62,832 nt of DNA, filler included, from Stramenopiles sp. TOSAG23-6 (GCA_900128565.1; 35 parts of 35 records of this genome joined end to end with filler, not necessarily neighbours in it), one strand, 5' to 3'. Counted from the first letter of the whole stretch, positions 37,737 to 50,435 are shown. Notes: generated from the letters alone by a model not told the origin. Numbers and translations are program-made.

Positions 37737-37986
37737 GTATGTTTTNTTTTTTTNCATTTTTTTNTTNGTTTTNATACNNNNNNNNNNNNNNNNNNNNNNN
37801 NNNNNNNNNNNNNNNNNNNNNTTAATTAATTAANNNNNNNNNNNNNNNNNNNNNNNNNNNNNNNNNNNNNNNNNNNNAATCTTTTGTATTAAACCAAAAA
37901 AAAAGAAAAAAAAAAAAAAAATTTTTTTCATAGATAATTTTGTACCTAACAAAAATATAAAAAAAATATATTTTTTCACAATAAAT

Positions 37987-39507
37987 GCCTATGCATTTTT
38001 TTCAAAAGAAGATGATCCCGATGGATCAAAATCAGCTGCGCGTACAAAAGAATTTTGTGAATCTAATATTGATCAAATTCTTTCACGTTCATCTCGCGTT
38101 GTCACTCATGAAGGAAATGCTGTACGTTCAAAGCGTTAATTTCACTTTAAAAATTAATTTTTTTTTTTCTTTTTAAAAATTATTTTTTTTTTTTTTTTTT
38201 TTTTAAAAATTTAAAAATTTTTTTTTTTTTTTTTTTTGAAAAATAATTTCGTATATACCTAACAAAATATTTAAAAAAAAATTTAAAAATATTTTTCCAA
38301 AATAAATGTTGGTGGTGGATTCTCAAAAGCAACATTTGTTAGTGATGCTGCAGGTAGTGAAGAAACTGTTGATATAAATGACCCAGATTTTTGGTCAAAA
38401 GTTGTTGGTTTACCTGAAGTTGAAGAAAATCAATATTTAGATCCTTCAGAACGTCGACGAGGTCGAAAACGAATTGATTATTCTGAAAAAGGTCAAGAAG
38501 TTGTACGTTTTTTAATTTCTAATGTTTGATCAAAAATATTTTTTTCATAGTAAATTTTGTACCTAACAAAAAAAATTTTAAAAATTTAAAATTTTTTTTT
38601 TTAAAAATTTGAAATATTTTCAATAATATATGATATTTATTCTGGTTCTGGTTCGGATTCAAGCGATGATAATGATAATCATAATCATCATACTATTGAT
38701 GAAGATATAGACGATCGATTTTGTCCAAATGAAGAAAGAAATAAAAATCATAAAAATTTGGTACAAAAAACAAGAACAAAAAAATCAAATAAAAAAAAAA
38801 CGATACCGTTGTTATCAATTTCTGATCCTTGGTCCGAAGACGAATTAATGAGAGGTTTAAAAATGATTGGATTTGTTCAATGTGGTAGTGGAGAATCTCT
38901 TGCCTCTTGGCGTAATTGTAAAAATTTTATATCTAGAGGTCGAGGTAGAACAAATCGTTCCTATGATGTTTGTTTTCAAAATTGAATTTTTTTTTTTTTT
39001 TTGGTTTTCATACGAAATTTTGTACCTAAACAAAAAAAATTTTTTTTTTTTTCAAAACATTTCGTATCTAACATTTTTTTTTTTACCAAAACATTTTCGT
39101 ACAATACATTCTATTGCATTATTATATTGTGCTGTTGTACGTTCATGTGCTGTTGCTGTCTTGGCGCATGTATGTTTTATTTAATTTTTTACAAAAAAAT
39201 CGAATTTTTTTTTTTTTTTTGGTTTTCGTACGAAATTTTGTACGTAACAAATTTTCAAAATTTTTTTTTGAAATATTTTTCCAAAATACATGAAAGAGAT
39301 TTAGCATTATATGATGCAGCACAAAAAACAACATCTAATGTGAATTCTATATTACAACAAAATCAAAATAATCCTGAAAATCCTGAAAATCAACAAAATA
39401 ATAGAATTTCTTCTAGTGTTCATTTCAAAATTAATGAATTTTACAATACGATTGATGAAGTTGATCGTAGTCAAGATATTCAAAAATTAATGACTATGAC
39501 GTCACAT
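37987..39507 (+). CDS. CHD6-9-like chromatin remodeller, region after the helicase domain (four complete introns)
   Basis: AYAFF...EFCESNIDQILSR, FSKATF and VDINDPDFWSK. Confidence 0.8.
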
Positions 39508-39673
39508 GTATGTTTTATTTTTTTTTTTTTTTACAAAAAAATCGAATTTTTTTTTCGTACGAAATTTTGTACCNNNNNNNNNNNNNNNNNNNNNNNNNNN
39601 NNNNNNNNNNNNNNNNNTTAATTAATTAANNNNNNNNNNNNNNNNNNNNNNNNNNNNNNNNNNNNNNNNNNNN

Positions 39674-41313
39674 ACCATATATTAGTATACTGATTTGGTT
39701 GATACTTCCTAATTACAATTGGGTGGGGTACAGGTAACAAACCTACCATTGTAGAATTTTCCAAAAACTCCCTCACGCTATCTTCATCAGCTGTAAGCAA
39801 GTTATCATGGCATCGAAGTTTTATTTGAGGTTCAAGATAGCGAAGAGCTCTCAAGATAGGATCCAAAGATAACTTTGATTTCCAACTCTGAAACCATTCT
39901 TCTGTTGGTTTAAATTTAGCTGATTCTTTTACTTCAGAAGATGAACTTGTCAATTTTGACGAAGCAGTCTGATCATTTTTGTCATTGGAGTCTTTTATCT
40001 GTGGAAGTTTCAAATTTTGAAGTTCTTCAAAACGAGATTTTCGACATAATATTGCGTATATTAAATGTATTTTGGAAAAATATTTGAAAAAAAAATCGTT
40101 AGGTACAAAATATGCAGATTGCCTTGATATTGATACTGAATAATATTATTAAATGTATCAACTAAAAAAAACAAATACTGATGTGCTCCACTCAATCGAA
40201 AAAGAAATACGGAGGATGAAAATATCTCAAAAAGTCCGAGTAATTTCATACTACTAACTTTCGATAAGGATTTTGTATAAGCAGAGATGTTACTTATAAT
40301 AGTAAGTAAACAAGAATGCAAGATTTTGAGTTTTTTTGAGCCATTTACAATTATTTTGTGAAATACTTGTACCAAAAGATCTGCGTGATTTCCTTCAAAT
40401 AATGCAAAAGTATTCAACACTGAAGATGCATTAAGACAAGATTTGTTTAAAGCAACACCAAACCCACGTTTTCCAGACAAAAGTAACAATATAAAAGTAC
40501 ATATATGAATCTCTCCTAAAGATGAGGGACTGTTTCTTCCAGTTGCCATAATATGCGCAATAGGCAAAACAATCTTTGAAATATCCTCAAATTGTAAAAT
40601 ATAAGTTAAAAAAACTGAATTACAATCTAATAATTTCCACAATAAAGTCAAAATTTCTTGATGACATTCAATTTTTTTTGTACTATTTGGTAAGTATGTG
40701 TTAACAGACTCATGGACGTTATTCAACAAAGTAGCAATACCATTATAAATGAAATGCATATCCGCAGTTTGGTGGATATTACTCAATAATTGTAAATATA
40801 AATTATTCTGCTTTGATGATTTTGTTATTGCTTTCACGAAATCTTCTCCATTGCTATCCTGTTGCATTTTTGTATTTTCACTTTTAGAAATATCTACTTT
40901 ATCTTCACTCAATTCAATTCCTGCCTTTTCTACTTCTTCATTTGTTTTAAATGTAGCATTTAATTGAGATTCATCCGATATACTTCCAACTGGTTTGAAA
41001 TCAAGTAATGCGAGGAGAGCTTGCAAAGATGAATCTACCAATGGTTCGCGATAATCTGTCATTAAAGAATTTGAGTACGGGACAAAATTATATGGATTGT
41101 ATGTGCAAATTGTATTTAAAAGTGAAGTAAATACAGTAGCAACTCTAGGACAATCAACAGATGTAAAGATATTTAACCAACGATTATTTTTAGTGGTATA
41201 TCCAGTAGGCTTTGAATACAAACAATTCGAACAACAAATCATAATCAAGCGTAAAACTTCAGACCGATTTTCATCAAATTGGGCTCGTTCAACAGGTGAA
41301 ATATTCGGAAATC
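39674..41313 (-). CDS. HID1: HID1 (dymeclin family), partial, locally disrupted at about 40045-40111
   Basis: CTFILLLLSGKRGFGVALN, FNNIIQYQYQGN and GLLPVPHPIVIRKYQPN. Confidence 0.9.
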
Positions 41314-41469
41314 GAGTATTTTGGAAAAATATTTCAAAAAAAAAAAACTTAAATTTGTTAGGTACAAAANNNNNNNNNNNNNNNNNNNNNNNNNNNNNNN
41401 NNNNNNNNNNNNNTTAATTAATTAANNNNNNNNNNNNNNNNNNNNNNNNNNNNNNNNNNNNNNNNNNNN

Positions 41470-43102
41470 CTGTATGGGTTGTCACTGAGTTCATGGATGC
41501 TGGTTCAATAAAAGATTTGATGGAGCCTAAACCTATAGAAGAAAGATTTGTAAAAATCATAATGCGAGAGCTTCTCCGAGGTCTTTGTTATCTTCATGCT
41601 GACCGCAAACTTCATCGAGATGTCAAGGCTTCCAATATTCTTGTATCCTCTGAAGGTGAAATTCGTCTTTCTGATTTTGGTGTGGCAACACAATTTGCAT
41701 TTGGTAGTCGCTCGCGAGCAACTTTTGCACGTTTTCATTTTTTTTCAAATTCGATTTTTTTTTTGGTTTCGTACCACCTGAAATTATTGATGGTAAAGCG
41801 TATGATGAAAAAGCTGATATATGGTCACTTGGTATATCAGCTATAGAAATGGCGACTGGATTTCCACCTCATGCATCTGCTCATGCAAAACGAGTTCTCT
41901 ATTTAGTATCAAAACAACCTGCCCCGTCATTAGATGGACGTTTTCATGATGAATTTCAAATTTTTTTTTTTTGATTTTTTTTATACGAAATTCCGTACCT
42001 AACGATTTTTTTTCAAAAATATTTTTGTACAAAACATGGCCCTTTTTCACGATCTTTTAAAGATTTCGTCAGCTGTTGTTTGTCCAAAGATCCTACAAAG
42101 AGATCAACTGCTGCTGAACTATTGACGCATCGTTTCTTACAATCAGCAGAACCGAATAGTGTATTGTTTCATCATGAATTTTAAATTTATTTTTTTTTTG
42201 TATGAAAATTTTTTTTTTTTTTTTTTTTTTTTTATAAAATTTTTTTTTTTTTTTTTTTTTTTGAGTGTTTAACAAATTTCGAATTTGACATATATTTTTG
42301 CAATACTTGTTCTTCGATTATTAGTTTCCAGGTACCAGAAATATAAACGGAATTCTTCTAGTGAATTGAATTCAGCGCTTGGCAATACGTTAAAAAATAA
42401 AAATAAAATCTCAAGTTATGACAAGGATGAAAGTAATATGACAAAAAATATAGGAAGGGATGTATGTTTTATTTTTTTTCAATTTTGAATTTTTTTTTCG
42501 TACGAAATTTTGTACCTAACATTTTTTTTTAGATCTTTTTTGAAATATTTTTCCAAAATACATGCCGAACGATACAGTGGAGTAGAAGATGTAAACTGGA
42601 ATTTTACTCTTGTACGGTTTCATCCATTTAAAGTTTCGAATTTATATTTTTGTAAAAATTTTTTTTTTTTTAAGTTTCGAATTTATTTTTTTGTAAAAAA
42701 ATTTTTTTTTTTTAAGTTTCGAATTTATTTTTTTGTAAGTTTTTTTTTTTTTTTGTACCTCACGATTTTTGTTTTACAAAAGAAAAAATATTTTTTCACA
42801 ATACATGTAGCTCCGAGAGAGATAAAAAGTTCTTCTAGCGACGTAGATGATCAAAGCTTCAATGATTCAACCTCCCAACTACGAAAGTGTCAGGCTGTCT
42901 GTTTTATTTTTTTCAATTTCGAAACTATTTTTTTTTTTTTGGTTTTCGTACGAAATTTTGTATCTAACAAAAAAACATTTTAAATATTTTTTCACGATAA
43001 ATGTCCTCAGTGATATAGCGAACCTCAACAAAGCACTTGCTGTACAAGCAGATACTAGAAATGAAGCAAAAAAAATGAATGCATCAAAACATCGACGTAT
43101 CC
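41470..43102 (+). CDS. STE20/GCK-III-like Ser/Thr kinase, partial
   Basis: HRDVKASNIL, DFGVATQ, PEII, YDEKADIWSLGISAIEMATG and FKDFVSCCL. Confidence 0.88.
41936..42037 (+). mobile_element. Introner copy, GG...AT (102 nt)
   Basis: TTA GAT|GGACGT...AAAACAT|GGC CCT restores the kinase segment APSLD-GPFSRSFKDFV. Confidence 0.8.
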
Positions 43103-43264
43103 GTACATTTTCATTATGAATTTCAAATTTATTTTTTTTTCGTACGAAATTTTGTACCTAACAANNNNNNNNNNNNNNNNNNNNNNNNNNNNNNNNNNNN
43201 NNNNNNNNTTAATTAATTAANNNNNNNNNNNNNNNNNNNNNNNNNNNNNNNNNNNNNNNNNNNN

Positions 43265-43710
43265 ACTCTGATAATGATGTGAAAATATTGAATCAAAACT
43301 CTGATAATGATGTGAAAATANTGAATCAAGAACATCCTGGGACCAATATTCACCAATTAATACTAGGTATCAATGATTTGACAATATTAACGGCTCGCGC
43401 TGATCCAAAGTTGATAGAAATTTTACATTATTTTGGTGTTTTAGTTTTTTCTTCAAATATATCGAAAGCGTTTAATGAAAATAGAAAGTTAAAAACTGAG
43501 GACGAGGCAGCAATTCGTGCGGCAACTGTTGTTGCCTGTGATAAGATTATTCAAGAAATTAATGATGTAATGCCTAAAAGTGAACATATTTGTGCAATAC
43601 AATTAGATGAAATATTACGAAATAATTTTGAGAGTTTTACTTGTCAAGATAATGATCCGAAAAAAGTTGATTGTTCGAGTATTATTAATAAGAAAACTTT
43701 GCATTTTTAA
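43265..43710 (+). CDS. Queuosine salvage protein (DUF2419)-like C-terminus, divergent
   Basis: ADPKLIEILHYFGVLVFS...EAAIRAATVVAC...AIQLD pattern. Confidence 0.5.
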
Positions 43711-43788
43711 TAAACATCAAAAGGTACTGAAAAATAATAAAATATGAGCTTAAACTTAACATGAATTTTATCAATCAAAACATCTGAA

Positions 43789-44905
43789 TTACTGTCCAAT
43801 TACCGCAGAGCATTGATGTAAGCTAAACATGAATTTTTCAACTTTAATGTTTTCATCCTTTCCATCCGCTTCGGCGCGAGCCATCTCAATAACACTAAGA
43901 ACAAGTTTAATGGGAAGACCGTGACCATATGCAGGAAGATACGACTCATGTACTGCATTGGCAATCTTTTTAATTTCCTCTGGAGGAATTTTGGTTAGTT
44001 TACTCAGGACATCGCAAATATCATTTGGTTCCGTAACTGTTGGAATCGACATAGATCTGTGAAAAACTTTATTAAAACCTAAATTCTCTAATGCATGCGG
44101 TACTGAAGTTGTACCAATTACAAGCAATTTTCTGCCCTCTGCACTTGGTGCTTGGCGGCAGAGTACTAGCAATGCATTCACCATGTCAGAACTAAATCGA
44201 GGACCCATTGGGATATATTCAATAAGTCTTTCAATGTCGTCCAACACAATGACGGATTTTGGTGTCTTATATGCATCATTAAATATTGTATGTATTTTTC
44301 GTACTTTATTAGCAACAGACAAACCTACAAGATCTCCAGGTGTAATCATCTTGATATAAGGAAATCGCGATTCATGAGCTGTAAATGCTGAAATCGCTGT
44401 TTTTCCACAACCTGGGGGCCCGTACAATAAAACAGACATCATCTCGGTTGTTGATTTTTCAGCACTCATTTGTCGCATTATAGTGCTCAAACTACCACGT
44501 AGACTCATTGTAAATTCTCCCTCGACACCATTAGGATAATGTCGCTCTAAAGTCTCTTTCTGGACACCAAATCGAGGTTTCATCGTTTTCATCGCTTTTT
44601 GAAAATGAGCAGAAGTGACACGAACTTCGTCAAACTCAACATCTTTTCTTCGCATGTATTTTGGAAAAATATTTCAAAAAAAATCGTTAGGTAAAAAAAA
44701 ATTTCGTACGAAAAAAAAAAACGAAATTAAAAAAAAATAAAACATACATCATTGTCACAGGGTCAATTAAACTTTTTACTGCAAATGCTGTTGCCATGCG
44801 ACAAAGCCCCTCTAGCTCTGCACCGCTGTAATTTTTTGTCACAGATGCTAGTTGTTCTATATTCACATCATCAGCTAGTGTACCATTATCACGCATTCCT
44901 TGGGT
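43789..44905 (-). CDS. NSF: Vesicle-fusing ATPase NSF/Sec18, 3' part (intron 44654-44747)
   Basis: TKNYSGAELEGL, D2 Walker A GPPGCGKT, DAYK, DDIERLIEY and GPRFS. Confidence 0.93.
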
Positions 44906-45111
44906 ATGTATTTTGGAAAAATATTTCAAAAAAAAAAACTTAAATTTGTTAGGTACAANNNNNNNNNNNNNNNNNNNNNNNNNNNNNNNNNNNNNNNNNN
45001 NNTTAATTAATTAANNNNNNNNNNNNNNNNNNNNNNNNNNNNNNNNNNNNNNNNNNNNTGTACCTAACAAATTTTAGTTTTTTTTTTTTGAAATATTTTT
45101 CCAAAATACAT

Positions 45112-46667
45112 GTCTGTGATCCACCCGTCATAGAGAAAATAGACAATATTGCTAACACTAACTCTAACCAGGGATTGTCAAGTACAAAATTTGGTATGAA
45201 AAATACACCAGCTCTATCGGATTACACTAAAGTTACTTTTATTCCAGATGTAAGTTTTATTTTTTTTTTTACAAAAAAATCGAATGTTTTTTCGTACGAA
45301 ATTTTGTACCTAAAAAATTTAAGTTTTTTTTTTGAAATATTTTTCCAAAATACATCTATCAAGATTTGGAGTAAACAAATTTCCAAATGGAATGTTAGAC
45401 TTGTTGAAAAAAAGAGTTTGGGATATTGCTGGTTGTACACCAAATATTTCTGTTTATTTGAATGGTGTTGCTGTTGGTATTCCACAAAAATCTGGTATTG
45501 GATTTAGTAATTTCGGAGAGTACGCATCACTATATGATAGAAAATTGAATTCTTCATCAAGTGAAGAAAAGAAAATTGAAAAATCTGCATCATTGGTATT
45601 TGCAAAACTCAACAAAAATTGGGAAATTGCGGTAACTGCATCTTCATCATCATCATTACCATCAAGTCATTTTTCTCATGTGAGTTTTCATGATGAATTT
45701 CAAATTTTTTTTTTCGTACGAAATTTTGTACCTAACCAATTTCGAATTTAATTTTTTTTACAATACATGTGAGTTTTGTCAATAAAATGGCATCATTACG
45801 TGGAGGTACTCATGTCACAGCAATCGCCGATCTCGTATGTAAACCAATTGCTGATGCGATTAATGTATGTTTTTTTTTTTTTTTACAAAAAAATCGAATT
45901 GTTTTTTCGTACGAAATTTCGTACCTAACGTTTTTTTTTTTGAAATATTTTTCCAAAATACATAAAAAACATACAGATTTACGAATTACTCCGGGTGCAG
46001 TTCGACAAAATTTGAAATTATTTGTAAATGCAAAAGTAGCAAATCCATCATTCGATAGTCAATCAAAAGAAATGCTTACAACAAAACTTTCAGCATTAAA
46101 TATCCCAAAACTGTCACCAAAAGTTGTATGGTTTATTTTTTCAATTTCGAACTTTTTTTTTTTTTCATTTTTTTTGTCTATTTTTTTTTCAAATTTTTGT
46201 ATAATTTTTTTCAAATTTTTTTTTCATACGAAATTTTGTACCTAACAAATTGTACAAAAAAAAATATTTTTTCACAATATATGTTTCCAATATTATCTCA
46301 AAATCGAATATTGTGGAAACAACTATTTTTGCAGCAAAATCTCGTCAGAAGGCAATGCTATACAAAAAAACAAAAGTTTCAAAAAATCGAATGTTAACCA
46401 TACCTAAATTATCCGATGCTAATCTTGCAGGGGGTCGTCGTAGTAGTGAATGTACACTGATTTTGACGGAAGGTGATTCAGCAAAAGCACGTTTTCATTT
46501 CAATGTTTTGTCAAAAAAAATTTTTTTGGTAGAAAATTTCGTACCTAACATTTTTTTTTTTTTGAAATATTTTTTCACAATACTTGCGCTTGCCGTCTCT
46601 GGTTTATCAGTCATAGGTAGGGATACGTATGGTGTATTTCCTCTAAAGGGAAAATTATTAAATGTAC
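45112..46667 (+). CDS. TOP2: DNA topoisomerase II, ATPase-transducer-TOPRIM fragment (five complete introns)
   Basis: FIPDLSRF, SFVN...GGTHV, NPSFDSQSKE, KLSDAN, TEGDSAKALA and FPLKGKLLNV. Confidence 0.95.
46487..46585 (+). mobile_element. Introner copy, GC...TT (99 nt)
   Basis: GCA AAA|GCACGT...CAATACTT|GCG CTT restores the TOP2 TOPRIM motif EGDSAK-ALAVSGL. Confidence 0.85.
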
Positions 46668-46852
46668 GTACGTTTTCATTATGAATTTCAAATTTATTTT
46701 TTTTTTTTCGTACGAAATTTTGTACCTAACAAATTTCGAATTTAATTTTTTTNNNNNNNNNNNNNNNNNNNNNNNNNNNNNNNNNNNNNNNNNNNNTTAA
46801 TTAATTAANNNNNNNNNNNNNNNNNNNNNNNNNNNNNNNNNNNNNNNNNNNN

Positions 46853-47830
46853 AAAGAAAATGATATTGGTGAAAATATACCATGTCTTCGACGTTATGTA
46901 TCTGTATTTTCCGCAAAGTTGCGAAGTTTTGAAGATAAAACTGAACAAAACAAATTCATATTACAAAAAATTGCCGAGAAAAGGTTTCGAAAATCTTGGG
47001 ATGATCTCTCAAAAGATGAAAAAGATGAATCTATGATATGCTACGGAAAAAAATCTTCGCCAAGTGGTATTTGCTTTATCGCGTTCAAGGATGCTAGAAA
47101 TAACACAGGTCTCAAACCTCCGGTACCCATTATTGGCGGTGTTCGCTACATGATGTTTCAATCAATGAATATGAATAAACATTCTGATATTAATTGCAAC
47201 AAGGAAACAATTGTATCACCTGCGGATCAGATGAATGCATTTGAAAAAGCAGTTGCTGAAGAAAATACGACGAACCCTTTAACTTATAACATTATCAATT
47301 CTAAATTAGATAATTTAGCTTGTCGTAATAATACTGATGATATAAGTACCAATAGTAGTCTGAATGGTGGAAATGAACAGTTACAAAATAAGACGACTAT
47401 TAAAATTTGTGCACCAGGGCTAGTTTCAACTGGAGACAAAAGAAGTTTTAGCCCAAAATCGGAAAGTTTTTTCAGTGAACTGGATAACACATACGGAAAT
47501 CGACGACCTGCACGACTGCAGCATTACAAAAAGGGTAACAATACAGTAATCTATGAAACAGATATCAATTCTTGTACTTTTCATTATCAATGGAGTGGTC
47601 TCCAAGATGGATATGAACATGAAGTTGTAAATGGAAATTTCAATGGTATTCGTGTACTAAAAGCTGGAAGAGAAATCCCAATGGAATTTATGTTACGTTC
47701 TCTGTATAATCCTGAGCTTCAACGTCAACTCTGCTGGGGGAACCATGAAAATGGAAAGAGTAGTTTCATTGAGAAATTACCTTTAACTTTAAAAGTTCAA
47801 ATTCGGATAAACAAAAAGTTGTCGACATAA
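46853..47830 (+). CDS. Unknown protein fragment
   Basis: Open frame of more than 300 codons; no motif recognised with confidence. Confidence 0.55.
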   Translation, partial: KENDIGENIPCLRRYVSVFSAKLRSFEDKTEQNKFILQKIAEKRFRKSWDDLSKDEKDESMICYGKKSSPSGICFIAFKDARNNTGLKPPVPIIGGVRYMMFQSMNMNKHSDINCNKETIVSPADQMNAFEKAVAEENTTNPLTYNIINSKLDNLACRNNTDDISTNSSLNGGNEQLQNKTTIKICAPGLVSTGDKRSFSPKSESFFSELDNTYGNRRPARLQHYKKGNNTVIYETDINSCTFHYQWSGLQDGYEHEVVNGNFNGIRVLKAGREIPMEFMLRSLYNPELQRQLCWGNHENGKSSFIEKLPLTLKVQIRINKKLST

Positions 47831-48645
47831 TTCAAGAGAATATTTCTGAATTAAACAAAAGCATTTTCGATATAAATCTATTCAAATTAGGGTTACTCAT
47901 GAATCCAAAGAAACTTGTAGAACCTTCATCTACTGCTAAAAGCACAAGACGTAAAAATACAAGACTGCAAAGTAATAAAAATCTCGAGGATCATTCAAAC
48001 GCTTCTAATACATTGCACAATATACAAGAAATGACCAGATTTGGTAATACTAAACTGAGTCAAATGAAANNNNNNNNNNNNNNNNNNNNNNNNNNNNNNN
48101 NNNNNNNNNNNNNNNNNNNNNNNNNNNNNNNNNNNNNNNNNNNNNNNNNNNNNNNNNNNNNNNNNNNNNNNNNNNNNNNNNNNNNNNNNNNNNNNNNNNN
48201 NNNNNNNNNNNNNNNNNNNNNNNNNNNNNNNNNNNNNNNNNNNNNNNNNNNNNNNNNNNNNNNNACCTGTTCCATATGTACCACCTAATGGTAAACATGT
48301 ATATGAAGGAAAAAATGAAAGATTTTTGAATTTCGGGCCACCCGGGCCAAACCAATTTCAGACAGGCGAACAATCAACACTTGTCACGAAATCGCCAGTC
48401 GAATGTTTACGAATTAAAAACAAAGCGTGTAAAGCTATCACAATTCTTATCCAAAAGAAATATACTGAGTTAGCTTTCTTGCCAGTACCATGTAGGAAAA
48501 ATGTTCATGGTAAACTGGAGAACATCATTTATTCACACATGTTCTNNNNNNNNNNNNNNNNNNNNNNNNNNNNNNNNNNNNNNNNNNNNTTAATTAATTA
48601 ANNNNNNNNNNNNNNNNNNNNNNNNNNNNNNNNNNNNNNNNNNNN

Positions 48646-50335
48646 ATCAGAAGCATCTTGGTCTCGAGATATCAATGTATTTCAAATGTCTGTGAATGCA
48701 ATGCCAGATGCTTGGGTTGTTGTATCGATTGCATTATCTGTAGAAGGTCATTTAGTAATTTCCCGTATTCAATCAGGTCATTCGACCGTTCTTGTTAGTA
48801 TAAATGTGGATTCGCATATAGTAAATGCGTTGAAAGAACTTGATTCTATTATTAAATCACAGGATGATACTACAACTGTATCACAAGCTGAAGCTGAATT
48901 ATGGAGTAATCGCGATAAAGATCGTTGGTGGTTAGAGCGCCGCGAACAAGATGAGAGAGTTTTGAAAATGTTACGTGATATCGAAAATAGCTGTCTTGGG
49001 ATATGGAAAGGAATGCTGATGGGCGAAATAATAGACCAAGAATTACTAAAATCAATATCTGCACCTATAAAGGAACTATCATTGCGTTTAAAACTTACGA
49101 ATCGCCAGCAAAGACTTATATATATACTTGTTTCGTCTGCGACAGTCAATGAAGAAAATAATACGATTGAATTACTTCGAAAAGCTGTAATTTCAATATT
49201 GAGTGATGAACGACTAGTGCATGTACGCGACGATGAAACTTATAAACAAGGATGTAAAAGTGTCGATCATTCTGCTGTAGAAGCCATCGTATTATTAATA
49301 CAAGTTTTGCAGGAAAAATGTAACAAATATATTTGTGATAAAAAACAGAACACAAAAATACGCGGAAAAAAATCTGGAAAAAGCAAAACACTGAAAGTAC
49401 CTCGAAGTTCAGTAGCTGAATTGACTGCTTCTTTTGGTCGTCTTAAAGTTGTTGACTTGCGTAAAAAGCTTTGTGAACGTGGATTAACAAAAACTGGACG
49501 AAAATCAGAACTTGTGTCTCGACTAGCTACTGCTGTAGCAACTCAAGTAATCCCTCTGAAAAAGAGTCGCAGTTCTAGTAATTATTATGAGGACGATAAG
49601 TTTAGAAAAGAAATTGATAGCGAAGAAGATAATAATGAAAAATATACTAATATTGATGGAAAATCAAAAACACTACATAAATCCTCCATAGATCGTAACC
49701 ATGTTATACTTGTACTCGATGAAACTTTGCAACGTCTTCCATGGGAAAGCCTCTCATGTGTTATTGGCCAGCCTATAAGCCGAATGCCGGCACTTCAATT
49801 TATTTTTCATCGCGTTTTGCAAAATACTTCAAATGAGAGTATAACGACGGGTAGTATAAAAGATTGTTCTCATGATGTAGCAAGAGTGTCTGCTGCCCGT
49901 GCTACATATACCGATGATAAACTAGTTTGTAATGCACCCTCGGCTTCGTGGCCCAAATCAGCAAATGCAAAATGCGGAAAATTTCTTCTTAATCCAAGTG
50001 GTACATTACCTGATTCAGAGCGACGTTTAAATGCTAATGTATTTGATGCACTCAAGACAAGTTATAACTGGGAGGGAACTTCGGGGAAACCACCCAGTGA
50101 AGAAGAGTATAATAGTATGCTCGAAAATTCATCAATATTTGTTTATTGTGGTCATAATGCTGGAGAACGATGGATGCCCTCGCGAAAAGTCCTGAAACTT
50201 TCAAAATGTCCTACAACGCTTCTAATGGGATGCTCTAGTGGACGTTTACGATGCGATGGAGATTTTGGCCCACATGGCACTGCTATTTCATATCTGGCTG
50301 CAGGTGCACCAGCAGTGGCTGCAACATTATGGGAT
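48646..50335 (+). CDS. ESP1: Separase (peptidase C50) C-terminal region with an inserted SAP domain
   Basis: WWLERREQD, LVLDETLQRLPWES, ISRMP, LNPSG, and the catalytic FVYCGHNAG and LMGCSSG. Confidence 0.93.
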
Positions 50336-50435
50336 NNNNNNNNNNNNNNNNNNNNNNNNNNNNNNNNNNNNNNNNNNNNTTAATTAATTAANNNNNNNNN
50401 NNNNNNNNNNNNNNNNNNNNNNNNNNNNNNNNNNN

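Noticed and set aside
39001-39621. ORFs rich in SYEILYLT, FVRNFVPN, RTKFCT and KYFSKIH as a repeated protein domain
   Set aside because: These are translations of the intron consensus in different frames.
45112-46667. Nucleosome-phased intron spacing
   Set aside because: Exon lengths here (about 80-325 nt) show no clear periodicity, and the sample is too small.
46853-47830. SMCHD1/MORC-like assignment
   Set aside because: Only a weak resemblance (GIRVLKAGREIP); not supportable without a search.
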